A DNA stretch of 64,000 nucleotides from assembly GCA_002350105.1 (NCBI GenBank), contig DEDT01000041.1:4408-68407 (forward strand), in the 5' to 3' direction. The notes under the pieces are model-generated. The model was given only the letters and a program-made list of their open reading frames with translations, had not been told where the DNA came from and did not search any database. Position numbers and translations under genes: made by a program. Positions 10,184 through 23,759 of the stretch are shown one piece after another; position 1 is the first letter of the stretch, and each line of letters opens with the position of its first letter. Origin of the DNA: Selenomonadaceae bacterium UBA2897. GTDB taxonomy: Bacteria; Bacillota; Negativicutes; Selenomonadales; Selenomonadaceae.

Positions 10184-11344
10184 TTATGAAGCCAGCTTTT
10201 CCTTCATGACCTCAATAGCCTTTTGCAGCTGGGTATCCCCGGTAGCTCCCTGCTGCAGGTCAGCTTCAACGTCCGGCTCGATACCTGTGCCGTCGATACA
10301 GCGTCCGGATGGCGTGTAGTAGCGGGCAATCGTGAGCTTCAGACCGTCGTGGTGCAGGAGCGGCAGCACGACCTGTACCGAGCCCTTGCCGTAGGATTTC
10401 GTGCCCACGAGCGTGCCCGCGCCCGTATCCTGCAGCGCGCCGGCGAGAATCTCCGATGCGCTGGCACTGTTGCCGTCGATGAGTACGACGATGGGGTACT
10501 TATTCTCCGCCAGTTCGGAGTCGTGTTCCTCCGTCGAGCCGTCGCGCTGTTTCACCGAGACGATAGGGCCGGCCGGCACGACGCGCTGGGCGATGGCGAC
10601 GACAGAGGTGATGAGGCCGCCGCCGTTCTCGCGCAGATCAATGATGAGGCCTTTCATATTATCGCTCTCCAGCTCATCGAGCGCCTGATTGAATTCGTCC
10701 GCCGTATTCTCCGAGAAGGAGGCGATGCGGATGTAGCCGATGTGGTCCGTATCCGGCAGCATCTTGCCTTTGGCAGTCGGCACGTGGATGAGATCACGCG
10801 TGATCTCCACTTCGAAATCGTCCTGCCCCTCGCGGTGCAGCGTCAGCGTGACCTGCGTGCCCACATCGCCGCGGATGTGCAGCGCGACCTCGTCTGGCTG
10901 ATATTCGCTGACCGGTGTACCGTCAACGGCCAGGATTTCATCGCCCGCCTTGATGCCTGCCCCCTCGCCCGGCGTCCCCTCGAGCACGGAGATAACCGTG
11001 ACCTTGTCGTCCTTGAAGCCCATGGTCACGCCAATGCCGCCGAAGCTCGCCATCGTGTGGTCCTGCAACGCCTTGAACTGCTTCGCTGGCATGTAGAGCG
11101 AGTGCGGGTCGCCGAGGCTCCTGACCATACCGCCGACAGCACCATCGAGCAGCGTTGCGCTATCCACAGGCTCCACATAGCGCGCCTCGATGAATTTCTT
11201 CACGCCGACGAAGCGCGCCCAGTCGCTGACATCCCTGACACTATGCAAATCCAGCAGCCAGCCCAGGCCACCGAGCGTAAGCACCGAACCCGTCACCAGC
11301 GAACCGGCGATGATAGCGGCTAATTTCTTTTTATTCAAAAACAT
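10184..11344 (-). CDS. Carboxy-terminal processing protease (peptidase S41, Ctp)
   Basis: N-terminal TM, PDZ region (GDEILAVDG), S41 catalytic region (GNSASASEILAGAL ... KGSVQ). Confidence 0.9.
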   Translation of the reverse strand: MFLNKKKLAAIIAGSLVTGSVLTLGGLGWLLDLHSVRDVSDWARFVGVKKFIEARYVEPVDSATLLDGAVGGMVRSLGDPHSLYMPAKQFKALQDHTMASFGGIGVTMGFKDDKVTVISVLEGTPGEGAGIKAGDEILAVDGTPVSEYQPDEVALHIRGDVGTQVTLTLHREGQDDFEVEITRDLIHVPTAKGKMLPDTDHIGYIRIASFSENTADEFNQALDELESDNMKGLIIDLRENGGGLITSVVAIAQRVVPAGPIVSVKQRDGSTEEHDSELAENKYPIVVLIDGNSASASEILAGALQDTGAGTLVGTKSYGKGSVQVVLPLLHHDGLKLTIARYYTPSGRCIDGTGIEPDVEADLQQGATGDTQLQKAIEVMKEKLAS

Positions 11345-11358
11345 AAAGCTTTTCCTCT

Positions 11359-12489
11359 TTACAGATAACTGTACGGCGAGACAGGCTCGCCGTTGGCACG
11401 TACCTCGAAGTGGCAGTGCGGTCCCGTGGAATTGCCCGTGGAGCCACAGTAGGCGATGGTCTCACCCTGGCTCACGCTCTGCCCCACGCTCACGGCCAGG
11501 GACTGGTTATGCCCGTAGAGTGTCGTGACGCCGCCGCCATGATCGATGATGACCGCGTTGCCGTAGCCCGAGATCCAGCCCGCATAGGTGACGGTGCCGC
11601 TCTGCGCCGCATGGATGGGCATGCCGTAGTCGCCGCCGATATCGAGGCCGCTATGGAAGCGCTGATCGCCCGTAATCGGATGCGTGCGCCAACCGAATTC
11701 CGAAGTAACCGGCCCCGAGATCGGCCAGATCATCGCGCCGCTGCCCGTGACCGGCACATCGGCGTGGCTGTTCCTGATCATGCGCTCGACCTCTTTCGAG
11801 GCGGCCATGAGCTCATCGTACTCCCGGTCGAAGACGGCCTTATCGGACTTCATCTTGTCGATGAGATCCTGGCGCTTCTTCACCTTCTGCTCCATGATCT
11901 CGCGGGCCTTGCGCGCCTTGAGCTCCTGCTCCGCCTGCTTGTCCTTATCCTCGGCGAGTTCCTTCTGCGCCTGCTCGATATCCTTTTTCTCCTGAAAGAC
12001 CGTCTGCACGAGGTCATAGTCCTGCTTGATGACGCGCTTCAAAAGATCCATGCGCGTGAGGAAATCCGAGAAATCCTTCGCGCCAAAGAGTACGTCGAGA
12101 TAGGAAATCTGGCCGTTGATGTAGATGTCGCGCACGCGCTTGCCGAGGCGCTTGCTCTTCACCTCGTACTCGCCCTGCGCCACGCTGAGCTTCGCCTCGT
12201 TGTCCGCCATACGGGCGAGCGTTTCGTCGAGCGCTGCCTTTGCCTCTTTGTGGTCATTGATGGCCGCATCGGCCTGCTCATCAAGTGCACGCTTTTCCTC
12301 GGAAATCGTCGCGATACGCCGCTGGATCTCATTGCTCTTCTTCTGCTTCTCCGCCGCGCGGTTCTCGTAGTCGGCCTTTTGGTCATCGAGCGAATCCGCC
12401 CATACCGTGATAGAAGAACTGCCAAAAAGGAGCGCTGCCAGCACCGCCGCCACGAGCTTTTTACCTAAAAATTGCTGCATCAGGCTCAC
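11359..12489 (-). CDS. M23/LytM-family murein endopeptidase with coiled-coil N-terminal half (EnvC-like)
   Basis: Signal peptide, about 230 aa of coiled coil, M23 motifs HSGLDIGG and HCHFEV. Overlaps the ftsX stop. Confidence 0.9.
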   Translation of the reverse strand: MSLMQQFLGKKLVAAVLAALLFGSSSITVWADSLDDQKADYENRAAEKQKKSNEIQRRIATISEEKRALDEQADAAINDHKEAKAALDETLARMADNEAKLSVAQGEYEVKSKRLGKRVRDIYINGQISYLDVLFGAKDFSDFLTRMDLLKRVIKQDYDLVQTVFQEKKDIEQAQKELAEDKDKQAEQELKARKAREIMEQKVKKRQDLIDKMKSDKAVFDREYDELMAASKEVERMIRNSHADVPVTGSGAMIWPISGPVTSEFGWRTHPITGDQRFHSGLDIGGDYGMPIHAAQSGTVTYAGWISGYGNAVIIDHGGGVTTLYGHNQSLAVSVGQSVSQGETIAYCGSTGNSTGPHCHFEVRANGEPVSPYSYL

Positions 12490-13362
12490 ACTTTCAGGAA
12501 ACGCTTCAACGAGACGGTACTGCCCGTCGCACCGATGGCCATGCCGGCCAGGAGCAGCGCCAGCGTCACGTAATTCATGAAGGGATACTGCGGCATGAGC
12601 GGAAAGAACGCCAGCGTGCTGTAGATCTTCGCCGCCATGGCCGCGTAGAAGCTGCGCAGCGCCAGTGCCGCGAGGATGCCGCCCACGAAGCCGAGCACGA
12701 TACCCTCCAGCAGGAACGGCCAGCGAATGAACCAGTCCGTTGCGCCCACATACTTCATGATAGCCACTTCCTTACGCCGCGCGTAGACCGTGAGGCGAAT
12801 CGTATTCGCGATGATGAATACGGTCGCCGCGGCCAGCAACAGCATGAGCGCCACGCCGAAGATGCGCATGAGGCGCGTGATATCAAAGAGATGCTGCACG
12901 ACATCCTGCCCGTAGCGCGTCGACTCGATGCCTGGGAACTCCCCGATGGCCTTGGCCGCCGTCTCCACCATGTCCGGCTGCGTGACCGTGACCTCGAAGG
13001 AGTCCGGCAGGGGATTCGTATCGCCGAGCGCATCGAGTAAATATTTCTGGTCACCGAGACGCTCTGCCAGCCGCGCTTTCGCCTCATCGCGGCTCACGTA
13101 ATCCACATGCGCGATGCCCTGCAGATTGCGGATATCATGCTCGAGGCCGCGCCGGTCGACATCCGACACGCTGTCCTCAAGGTAGACGGAAATCTGCACC
13201 TGCGACTCCAGCATGCTGGCCATGCGGTTCATGTTCAGCACGAGAATGAGGAATACGCCCAGCACGAAGAGCGAGACGGCCACGGTACCCACCGAGGCCA
13301 GCGACATCCAGGTATTGCGCCGCAGGGAGTGCGCGACCTCCGTGATGAAATACTCACTGGTT

Positions 13363-13373
<11 letters not shown>
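12486..13373 (-). CDS. ftsX: Cell-division ABC transporter permease FtsX
   Basis: Start trimmed to ATG 13373 (11-nt overlap with ftsE). 4-TM FtsX topology with a large first extracellular loop. Confidence 0.9.
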
Positions 13374-14049
<676 letters not shown>

Positions 14050-14105
14050 GAAAGCTTTTCACCCCTTGCAAATTACACATCTTCCATTGTAGCATAGGCG
14101 GCTGA

Positions 14106-14143
14106 AAGAAAAAAGAGACCGGACGCTGACGCGCCCGGTCTCC
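14106..14143 (-). terminator. Rho-independent terminator after csaB
   Basis: Minus strand stem ggagaccgg / ccggtctc followed by TTTTTTC. Confidence 0.75.
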
Positions 14144-14158
14144 GGGATGATTCCTTCT

Positions 14159-15256
14159 TTATTTTTGCAACAGCTGCAATGCCAGTTCCGCATTGGAAGC
14201 GGCCTTCCCGCGCAGTTCGCTCAGCAGTGCCTGATGACGGGTCTGCTTATTCTGCGTCTGCCGCGCATGCCATTTCTGGCGCACCGCCGTCATGAGCTCC
14301 TCCACGGTCACGTCCTGCAGACGCCCCACCGGCTGCTCGCCGACCGAGGCGAGGAAACGGTCAATCTTCGGGTCATAAGAGATGCCGAGCATCGGCACGC
14401 CCATGACGCCCGCGAAGATCAGCGCATGCAGGCGGATGCCCAGCACAAGCTCCATGTTGCCCACGAGGGAGAGGAACTCTGTCGTTGAGTATTCATCTTC
14501 CAGCACCGTGCAGGACTCCTGGGTGAGCGCGGCCACGGACTGTGCCGCCTTCACATCTTCAGGATACTGCATGGGAAGGAAAACGACGCGCGCGCCGAGC
14601 TCGCGGATCATCTGGTCCGCCGTCGCCGCGATGACCTCTTTGTAATGGTGCCACCCCTGCCAGTCGCGCACGGAGATGCCGACGACCGGCTTCGCGCCGT
14701 CCGCATGGTAGGCATGCAGGATGGCGCGGCCCAATGCCCGGTCCACAGGATGAATCGCGAGCACGGGATCCGCCGTGCAGACAATCTGCGGCCGCGTGAT
14801 GCCCATATCCGCCAGCTCATCGAGCGAGCCTTCATCGCGCACCGTGATGAGGCTCACGCGATTGCCGAGCCAGCGCATGAGGCGCCGCGGCAAATGGCCG
14901 CGGATGGGGCCGATGCCCTGTGCATAGAGCATGACCTTCAGCCCCGCCATGAACGCGAGGAAGATGATGCCCATGTAGTAATAGAGGCTGCGGCGGCTCG
15001 TGACATTCTGCAGCAGGCTGCCGCCGCCGCTGATCAGCAGGTCGGACTGGCGCATCACGCGCCAGATGCCCGGCAGATCCAGCCAGGAGACTGCCTCCAC
15101 TCCATGACGCTTTGCCGTATCCGCGGGGTTCGCCGAGATGACCGTAATATGCAGTTTTGGGTCCAGATCACCGAGCACCTCCAGCATGGCTGCCAGCATG
15201 GCTTCATCGCCAGCATTCTTGGAGCCATAGTAGCCCGATACGACAATTCTGCTCAT
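14159..15256 (-). CDS. csaB: Polysaccharide pyruvyl transferase CsaB
   Basis: N-terminus VSGYYGSKNAGDEAML and GGGSLLQN motifs of the PS_pyruv_trans family. Length is typical of CsaB. Confidence 0.8.
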   Translation of the reverse strand: MSRIVVSGYYGSKNAGDEAMLAAMLEVLGDLDPKLHITVISANPADTAKRHGVEAVSWLDLPGIWRVMRQSDLLISGGGSLLQNVTSRRSLYYYMGIIFLAFMAGLKVMLYAQGIGPIRGHLPRRLMRWLGNRVSLITVRDEGSLDELADMGITRPQIVCTADPVLAIHPVDRALGRAILHAYHADGAKPVVGISVRDWQGWHHYKEVIAATADQMIRELGARVVFLPMQYPEDVKAAQSVAALTQESCTVLEDEYSTTEFLSLVGNMELVLGIRLHALIFAGVMGVPMLGISYDPKIDRFLASVGEQPVGRLQDVTVEELMTAVRQKWHARQTQNKQTRHQALLSELRGKAASNAELALQLLQK

Positions 15257-15265
15257 GAGTAAAGA

Positions 15266-17329
15266 TTACGCTCCTTTTTTCTCCTCTGCCGTCGCGCGCG
15301 CCATGACCAGCTGCCACAACTGCACGAGCACCATGCAGGCCGCACCGATGAGGCCGCCCAGAACGATGCCGCCGATACCGCGCATCATCGACATATAGAC
15401 CGGCGTGCGCATATGCGCGAACGTCTCCACCATGGAGCCCTGGCCGATCGTGGCCACGAGCACCAGCGCGAAGAACACCATGGTCGGCCACTTGCGCCAG
15501 AAAGTCAGCGCCGCCAGCATGAAGGCCGGATGGCCGATCAAGAGCTCCTTCGAACGCGGACGCGCGTAGAAGGCCTGCTCCAGCATCGCTCGGAAATGCA
15601 GCTCGGCCTGCGGCACAGGCATGCCCGAAGTATGGCCGCTGCGCGCGACGAAGACAACGCCCGCAAGAGCCACGAAGGCGAGACCGATCAGAGTCTTGAT
15701 CTTCACGGGCATATCGAGCAACAGCTTCAGCTGCTCCTTGACGCCGGAGGTATTATCCATTTTCCCGTCAAACACATCGAAGCGCTGCAGGAAACCAATG
15801 GCCACCAGGATGAGCGGCAGCACGAACGTCAGCTTGATGCCGCGGAAAATCTGCGCTTCCAGCAGATACTCCACGTCGGCCAGCGAGCCGGAAATATAGG
15901 CCGCACCGAAATAGGACAGCAGGCCCGTGCCCAACAGAGCCACGAAAGCCGTCACCACGAGCCGCGGGAACGAGATATGCAGGCTGCCCTGGTGCTTGCG
16001 CACGCAGTCGAGCTGCGCGAGCACGGCGATGGCCGGGAATACATTCGCGCTCGCGAGCGCCGCCAGCACGCGGATCTTCGTACCGTTGCCCATGAGCATC
16101 GGCACGGCGGCACAGAGGCCGAACACAAGCCAGAGGATGAACTGCATGCGGCGGTTTGCGTTGAGTCGCGGTATGACCAGCGACAGATAGAGCACGACCG
16201 CTGCCGCTACGCCCAGCATCACGATGGCGCGCAGGGTTTTCTGCGGATAGAAAGCGGCAAAACGGTCGGCCGGGCCCACGGTGAATCCGTGTGCAATGAG
16301 CTGATCATGCGTGTCACGGAAATACTTCATATTCGTTTCCATGAGCGTCATGTTCGGCGACGGCTTGTCGTAGGAACGCAACAGGTCGATGCGGATATTG
16401 CGCTCCTGGTCGGTATTCGACCAGCGCTCCACCAGCGTATCGATCTTGAGCTTCGGCTGCTCATCCTTCGGCACGGAATAGAGACGCGCCACCCGATCGT
16501 AGCCGAGTCGCTTGGTCACGACATCCAAACCCGTCTGCGGATAGAACTGCAGTTGCGTGACCGCTTCGATGAGACCGAGGGTGATGTTGCGCTCCTTCAG
16601 CTCGTCGATGGTCGGCTGCATGGTCTTCGGCGCACCGAGCATTTCCTTGCCCGAGAAAACGATCTCCGAAATCTTGAAGCCATCGAGGCGCTGGAATACC
16701 GCATGCACGTCGTCTGGCGTGCACTCTGCATAGTTGCTCGGCCGTGCAAGCACGTAGAAGCCCGCATCATTGACCGTCTGCATCTCGTCCGTCGGCATGC
16801 CGAGATTCATCTTGATGAAATCGTTATAGAAGGCTTTGACGGCCAGGACTTCCTCGCCGCCCACGTCGAGCTTCTCGACACGATCCTCGCCCAGACGGCG
16901 CACGATGTCCTCTTTCAGCTCGCGCCAGGTCTGGGGATCGTGGCCCGTCACGTAGACCTCCGTGCCCACGATCTTGCCGCTGGCCGCGAGCTCGCGCCAT
17001 GCGGGATCTGTCAGCGCACCTTTATGGTAGGCAGCCAGCAGATCACTGCCCGCAACGGCTGAGGCCTTGCCATTGGCATTGAGCTTGCGGAACGTCGTCT
17101 CATAGACGGCCAGCGAAGTGATGCCGGCCTCTTTCGCCTGCTGCAGCACATAGCTCTCGGGCAGGCCCTCGCGCTGCGCCAGCGCCTGCAGGTCCTCATA
17201 GTCGATGGCCATGTCCACCTGACGGTTGGCCTGCTCGACCTGATGGCGCTGCCAGCTGATGACGAGCGCCGCCACGAGTCCGATGATGATCATGCCGATC
17301 AGGAACTTATTGTACTTGAATCTCTGCAT
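15266..17329 (-). CDS. Large polytopic membrane protein of unknown function (DUF5693-like, csaB-associated)
   Basis: N-terminal TM, ~330-aa extracytoplasmic domain, then ~10 TM helices. Only a 9-nt gap to csaB. The family assignment is from recollection only. Confidence 0.55.
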   Translation of the reverse strand: MQRFKYNKFLIGMIIIGLVAALVISWQRHQVEQANRQVDMAIDYEDLQALAQREGLPESYVLQQAKEAGITSLAVYETTFRKLNANGKASAVAGSDLLAAYHKGALTDPAWRELAASGKIVGTEVYVTGHDPQTWRELKEDIVRRLGEDRVEKLDVGGEEVLAVKAFYNDFIKMNLGMPTDEMQTVNDAGFYVLARPSNYAECTPDDVHAVFQRLDGFKISEIVFSGKEMLGAPKTMQPTIDELKERNITLGLIEAVTQLQFYPQTGLDVVTKRLGYDRVARLYSVPKDEQPKLKIDTLVERWSNTDQERNIRIDLLRSYDKPSPNMTLMETNMKYFRDTHDQLIAHGFTVGPADRFAAFYPQKTLRAIVMLGVAAAVVLYLSLVIPRLNANRRMQFILWLVFGLCAAVPMLMGNGTKIRVLAALASANVFPAIAVLAQLDCVRKHQGSLHISFPRLVVTAFVALLGTGLLSYFGAAYISGSLADVEYLLEAQIFRGIKLTFVLPLILVAIGFLQRFDVFDGKMDNTSGVKEQLKLLLDMPVKIKTLIGLAFVALAGVVFVARSGHTSGMPVPQAELHFRAMLEQAFYARPRSKELLIGHPAFMLAALTFWRKWPTMVFFALVLVATIGQGSMVETFAHMRTPVYMSMMRGIGGIVLGGLIGAACMVLVQLWQLVMARATAEEKKGA

Positions 17330-18043
17330 TTACGCTTTATCTCCTCCGGCCTGAGACGGCAGGACCGCCGTAATGATAATCGCGCCGTCCGTCTGCTGCA
17401 CATCGTCGAAGCGCAGGCCAAGCGGCAGCTTGTCGCGCTTCGCCAGGGTGATGTTGCCAAACATCTCGCCCAGTTTCGCCGTTCCCAGACGCGCGTTGTG
17501 AATGTTCAGCCGCGTCATATCGAAATAGATACCATCGTAGTCGCCGCGCACGACGCCTTCGAGCTCGATGTCCGCCATCTTGCCCATGATCTTCGCCTGC
17601 GCCGTGACGAGCACGCGCTCGGAACTAATATCCACCTGCACGTTCTCCAGCTTGTCGTTGGCCCCGGCGATGGCGCGCCGCATGCCCTCGGCATCGATGA
17701 TGCCGCGCAGTTCCAGACTGTTCGCCCGGCGAATCTGCAACTGATTGCTGGTAAGCATAGCGGGAATATCCGCCATGACGTGCGTGCCCTCCAGCGTCAC
17801 TTCACTGAGCGACGCCTTGCCGACCTGTGCGTGGTGGGCGATGATGTGCATCTTGTCCACCTGGCCGAGCACGAGCACGCACGTCGGCATACTCGCGAGC
17901 TCCACCTGCACATCGTTTGTCGCGAGCTTCTGCGTCAGGCGCGTCTGCAGCGTGGCTGTCACCAGCCAGGGCAGCAGTGTGAAGCTGGACACGACTAATA
18001 TTATGCAAAACACGACCAAAATAGTCAAGCCTTTTCGCACCAT
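17330..18043 (-). CDS. Membrane-anchored protein, DUF2993/LmeA-like
   Basis: Start trimmed to ATG 18043 (MVRKGLTILVVFCIILVV...). Single TM then a beta-rich domain. Its stop abuts the start of the next gene. Confidence 0.5.
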   Translation of the reverse strand: MVRKGLTILVVFCIILVVSSFTLLPWLVTATLQTRLTQKLATNDVQVELASMPTCVLVLGQVDKMHIIAHHAQVGKASLSEVTLEGTHVMADIPAMLTSNQLQIRRANSLELRGIIDAEGMRRAIAGANDKLENVQVDISSERVLVTAQAKIMGKMADIELEGVVRGDYDGIYFDMTRLNIHNARLGTAKLGEMFGNITLAKRDKLPLGLRFDDVQQTDGAIIITAVLPSQAGGDKA

Positions 18044-18104
18044 ATTACCCCCACGGAAAAAGGCCTCCCCGGGGAGGCCCATATGATATCCGACCTGACT
18101 GCAA

Positions 18105-19211
18105 TCAGATTTCGTGGTTGGCTTTTGCCGCCAGATAAGCACGGATGAACGGATCGAGCTCACCATCCATCACGGCCTGTACATTACCCGTCTCGCAGTT
18201 CGTGCGATGATCCTTGACCATCGTGTAGGGCTGGAAAACGTAGGAGCGGATCTGGCTGCCCCACTCGATCTTCTTTTGGTCGCCCTCGAGCTTCGCGAGC
18301 TCGGCTTCCTTCTTCTCCTGCTCCAGCTCAAAGAGCTTGGCGCGCAGCATCTTCAGGCACTGCTCGCGGTTCTGCAGCTGGGAACGCTCGTTCTGGCACT
18401 GCACGACGATGCCCGTCGGCTCATGCGTCATGCGCACGGCCGAAGACGTCTTGTTGATGTGCTGGCCGCCGGCGCCCGAAGCGCGGTACGTATCGACACG
18501 CACCTCCGCCATGTTGATGTTGACCTCCACGGCGTCGTCGAGCTCCGGCATGACATCGCAGGCCGAGAACGACGTATGACGGCGCGCATTCGCATCGAAC
18601 GGCGAAATGCGCACGAGGCGGTGAATGCCCTTCTCCGACTTCAGGAAGCCATAGGCATTGTGCCCCTTGATGAAGAGCGTCGCCGACTTCACGCCGGCTT
18701 CATCGCCCGGCAGCAGATCTGCCGTCTCGACGTTGAAGCCGTGGCGCTCAGCCCAGCGGCCGTACATCCTGAGCAGCATCTGCGTCCAGTCCTGTGCCTC
18801 CGTGCCACCCGCACCGGCGTGCAGCGTGAGAATCGCGTTGTTGGCATCGTAAGGACCCGAGAGCAGCACTTCCAGCTGCAGCGCCTCATAGCCATCGACC
18901 ACATCCTGAATGGCGGTCTTGATCTCTTCCTCCATGTCCGCGTCTTCTTCCTCCACGGCCATTTCGTACAGCGTCTCCGCATCCTCGTACTTCTCAACGA
19001 GGTGCTTGTACTTGTCGACACTGATCTTGACGTCATTCAGTTCCTGATTGATCTTCTGGGCTTTCTCGGCGTCATCCCAGAACGTGGGTTCGCCCATCTT
19101 GTATTCCAGCTCGGCAATCTTTTCTTCCTTAGCCGGGACTTCCAGCGAGACCTCCATCTGGTCCAGCTTCGTTTTTAAGTCCGTCAGCTGAGGTTTCAAA
19201 TCTTCCAGCAT
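18105..19211 (-). CDS. prfB: Peptide chain release factor 2
   Basis: SPF motif (RISPFDANARRHTSF) and GGQ motif (SGAGGQHINKT). A single uninterrupted 368-codon ORF with no in-frame UGA frameshift site. Confidence 0.95.
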   Translation of the reverse strand: MLEDLKPQLTDLKTKLDQMEVSLEVPAKEEKIAELEYKMGEPTFWDDAEKAQKINQELNDVKISVDKYKHLVEKYEDAETLYEMAVEEEDADMEEEIKTAIQDVVDGYEALQLEVLLSGPYDANNAILTLHAGAGGTEAQDWTQMLLRMYGRWAERHGFNVETADLLPGDEAGVKSATLFIKGHNAYGFLKSEKGIHRLVRISPFDANARRHTSFSACDVMPELDDAVEVNINMAEVRVDTYRASGAGGQHINKTSSAVRMTHEPTGIVVQCQNERSQLQNREQCLKMLRAKLFELEQEKKEAELAKLEGDQKKIEWGSQIRSYVFQPYTMVKDHRTNCETGNVQAVMDGELDPFIRAYLAAKANHEI

Positions 19212-19266
19212 GTTTTTACACCTTTATTTCTTACAGTTATTGCTCCGGCTCGCTGAAAAGCTGAGG

Positions 19267-21903
<2,637 letters not shown>

Positions 21904-22021
21904 ACAAAATCAACTCCTCACATCAAGAGAGCTCTCCACGGCTCCCATAGTATCGCTACCTTACAATATTAACAGACCCTATGATAGAAGTCAAACCGTC
22001 CGCCCCTGCATTCTGCCTGGC

Positions 22022-22062
22022 AAATATAAAACAGCTCCGCAGCATGGTCGCTGCGAAGCTGT
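22022..22062 (-). terminator. Rho-independent terminator closing the iron-uptake operon
   Basis: Minus strand stem acagcttcgcagc / gctgcggagctgt (one G-U pair) followed by TTTATATTT. Confidence 0.7.
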
Positions 22063-22077
22063 TATGGGGTTGCAAAA

Positions 22078-22689
22078 TCACAACCACGCCGCGTGGCTCT
22101 CGACGAGGGAGCAGCACTCCTCCATGTCGGTGAGGATGCGGTCGGTGCGCTGGGTGAAGTATGCGTGGATGATGAGGGCGAGGATGGCGACGCAGAGGCC
22201 GAAGGCCGTGGCCACGAGAGCCTCGCCGACGCCGCCCGTGATGGCGCTGGATTGCGCGGACTGCACGTTGAAGACGCTGAACGCCGAGATCATGCCGCTG
22301 ATGGTGCCGAGCAGGCCCAGAAGCGGCGCCAGCGTAACGATGACCGAGAGGTAATAGAGCCGGTCACGCAGGCGCGCAAGGATGAGGCCCGACTGGATCT
22401 CCAGATAAGCATGGATATCCCTGCCCTCCGACGCGCGCTGCATGGCCTGCGTGAGCAGCGCGGGCAGTGCACCAGCGGTCTTCTTCGCCAATGCTGTCGC
22501 GCTCTGCCAATCCTCCTGCTCCGCCTTTGCTGCAAAGTCAGCGGCGAAGCTCCTACCCGCGTCCATGCGGCGGAAATACTGCCAGCGCTCCACGCCCGTC
22601 GCAACGACGAAAAGCGAGCAGAGCAGCAATACGTACATGATGACGCCGCCCTTCTGGAAAAGCGCGACACCCGCCATGATATTCTCCAT
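22078..22689 (-). CDS. exbB: MotA/TolQ/ExbB-family proton channel
   Basis: 3 TM. Signature LLGLLGTISGMISAF ... GGVGEALVATAFGL. Confidence 0.85.
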   Translation of the reverse strand: MENIMAGVALFQKGGVIMYVLLLCSLFVVATGVERWQYFRRMDAGRSFAADFAAKAEQEDWQSATALAKKTAGALPALLTQAMQRASEGRDIHAYLEIQSGLILARLRDRLYYLSVIVTLAPLLGLLGTISGMISAFSVFNVQSAQSSAITGGVGEALVATAFGLCVAILALIIHAYFTQRTDRILTDMEECCSLVESHAAWL

Positions 22690-22727
22690 AAATTTCCCTC
22701 CAACATCTTCCTGCAGCCAACCAGCCC

Positions 22728-23759
22728 TCAGTCCAGCCGCCGCGCTTCGCGGCGCAACAGATAGAGAAAATACGGCGCGCCGATGAAAGCCGTCATGATG
22801 CCCACTCGAATCTCCATCCCCGGCAGTACGATGCGACCCAGCGCATCGCAGAGTACGAGGAAGGCAGCGCCCGCCAGCAGGCTCGCGGGCAGCAGCAGCC
22901 GGTGGTCAGGCCCTAAAAGCAGCCGCAGCATATGCGGCACGACGAGGCCGACGAAACCGATATTACCGCTCACACAGACGCCCGTCGCGGTCGTCAGCGA
23001 GGCGAGCAGCAAAAAAAGCAGGCGATAGCGCTGCACGGCCATGCCAACGGCCCGTGCCTCCATTTCCCCCATGGCCAGCACATTGAGCTGGCGGGCGAGC
23101 AGCAGCATGATGCCGATGCCCACGGCCATCGGCGGGACGGCGAGGAACACATGCTCCCAGCGCCGGTAATCGAGGCTGCCGATGGTCCAGAAGAAATACG
23201 CCTGCACCTTGCTCGCATCGAGCACCGTGAGGACGGCTGCGGTCACGGCCGCGAGGAACATGCCGACGACGACGCCAGCCAGGAGCAGTGTCAGCACGGG
23301 CACGCGGCCATGGCGCATGGCGAGCAGCACCGTACAGCCGACCGCGAGCAACGCCCCCAGCAGCGCACAGAACGGCAGTGCATAGAGACTGAAGCCCGTA
23401 ATCCCCGCCGCAATGGCGAAGATAGCGCCGACCGAAGCGCCGCTGGAAATACCAATGATGCCCGGGTCCGCCAGAGGATTGGCAAAAATCCCCTGCAGCA
23501 CAGCACCAGAAATGCCGAGTCCCGCACCGACCATGAGGCCGACGAGCGTGCGCGGCAGACGAATCTGCCAGAGCACAGCCGCCTCATCCGCCGGCACTCG
23601 CACCCCGTGAAAGAAGGGCAGCCCTATTCCCTGCGAGAGGGAGGCGATGACGTAATGAAACGGAATCGCCATCTGCCCCCAGGCCAGTGATAGCAAGGTG
23701 GCGGCAGCGACGAGCAGGACGAGCAGCGGCAGTGCCAGCCGCCGGTCAAGGCTCTTCAT
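22728..23759 (-). CDS. FecCD/BtuC-family iron-chelate ABC permease
   Basis: Start trimmed to ATG 23759 (overlaps the ATPase stop). About 9-10 TM. C-terminal GIMTAFIGAPYFLYLL. Confidence 0.9.
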   Translation of the reverse strand: MKSLDRRLALPLLVLLVAAATLLSLAWGQMAIPFHYVIASLSQGIGLPFFHGVRVPADEAAVLWQIRLPRTLVGLMVGAGLGISGAVLQGIFANPLADPGIIGISSGASVGAIFAIAAGITGFSLYALPFCALLGALLAVGCTVLLAMRHGRVPVLTLLLAGVVVGMFLAAVTAAVLTVLDASKVQAYFFWTIGSLDYRRWEHVFLAVPPMAVGIGIMLLLARQLNVLAMGEMEARAVGMAVQRYRLLFLLLASLTTATGVCVSGNIGFVGLVVPHMLRLLLGPDHRLLLPASLLAGAAFLVLCDALGRIVLPGMEIRVGIMTAFIGAPYFLYLLRREARRLD

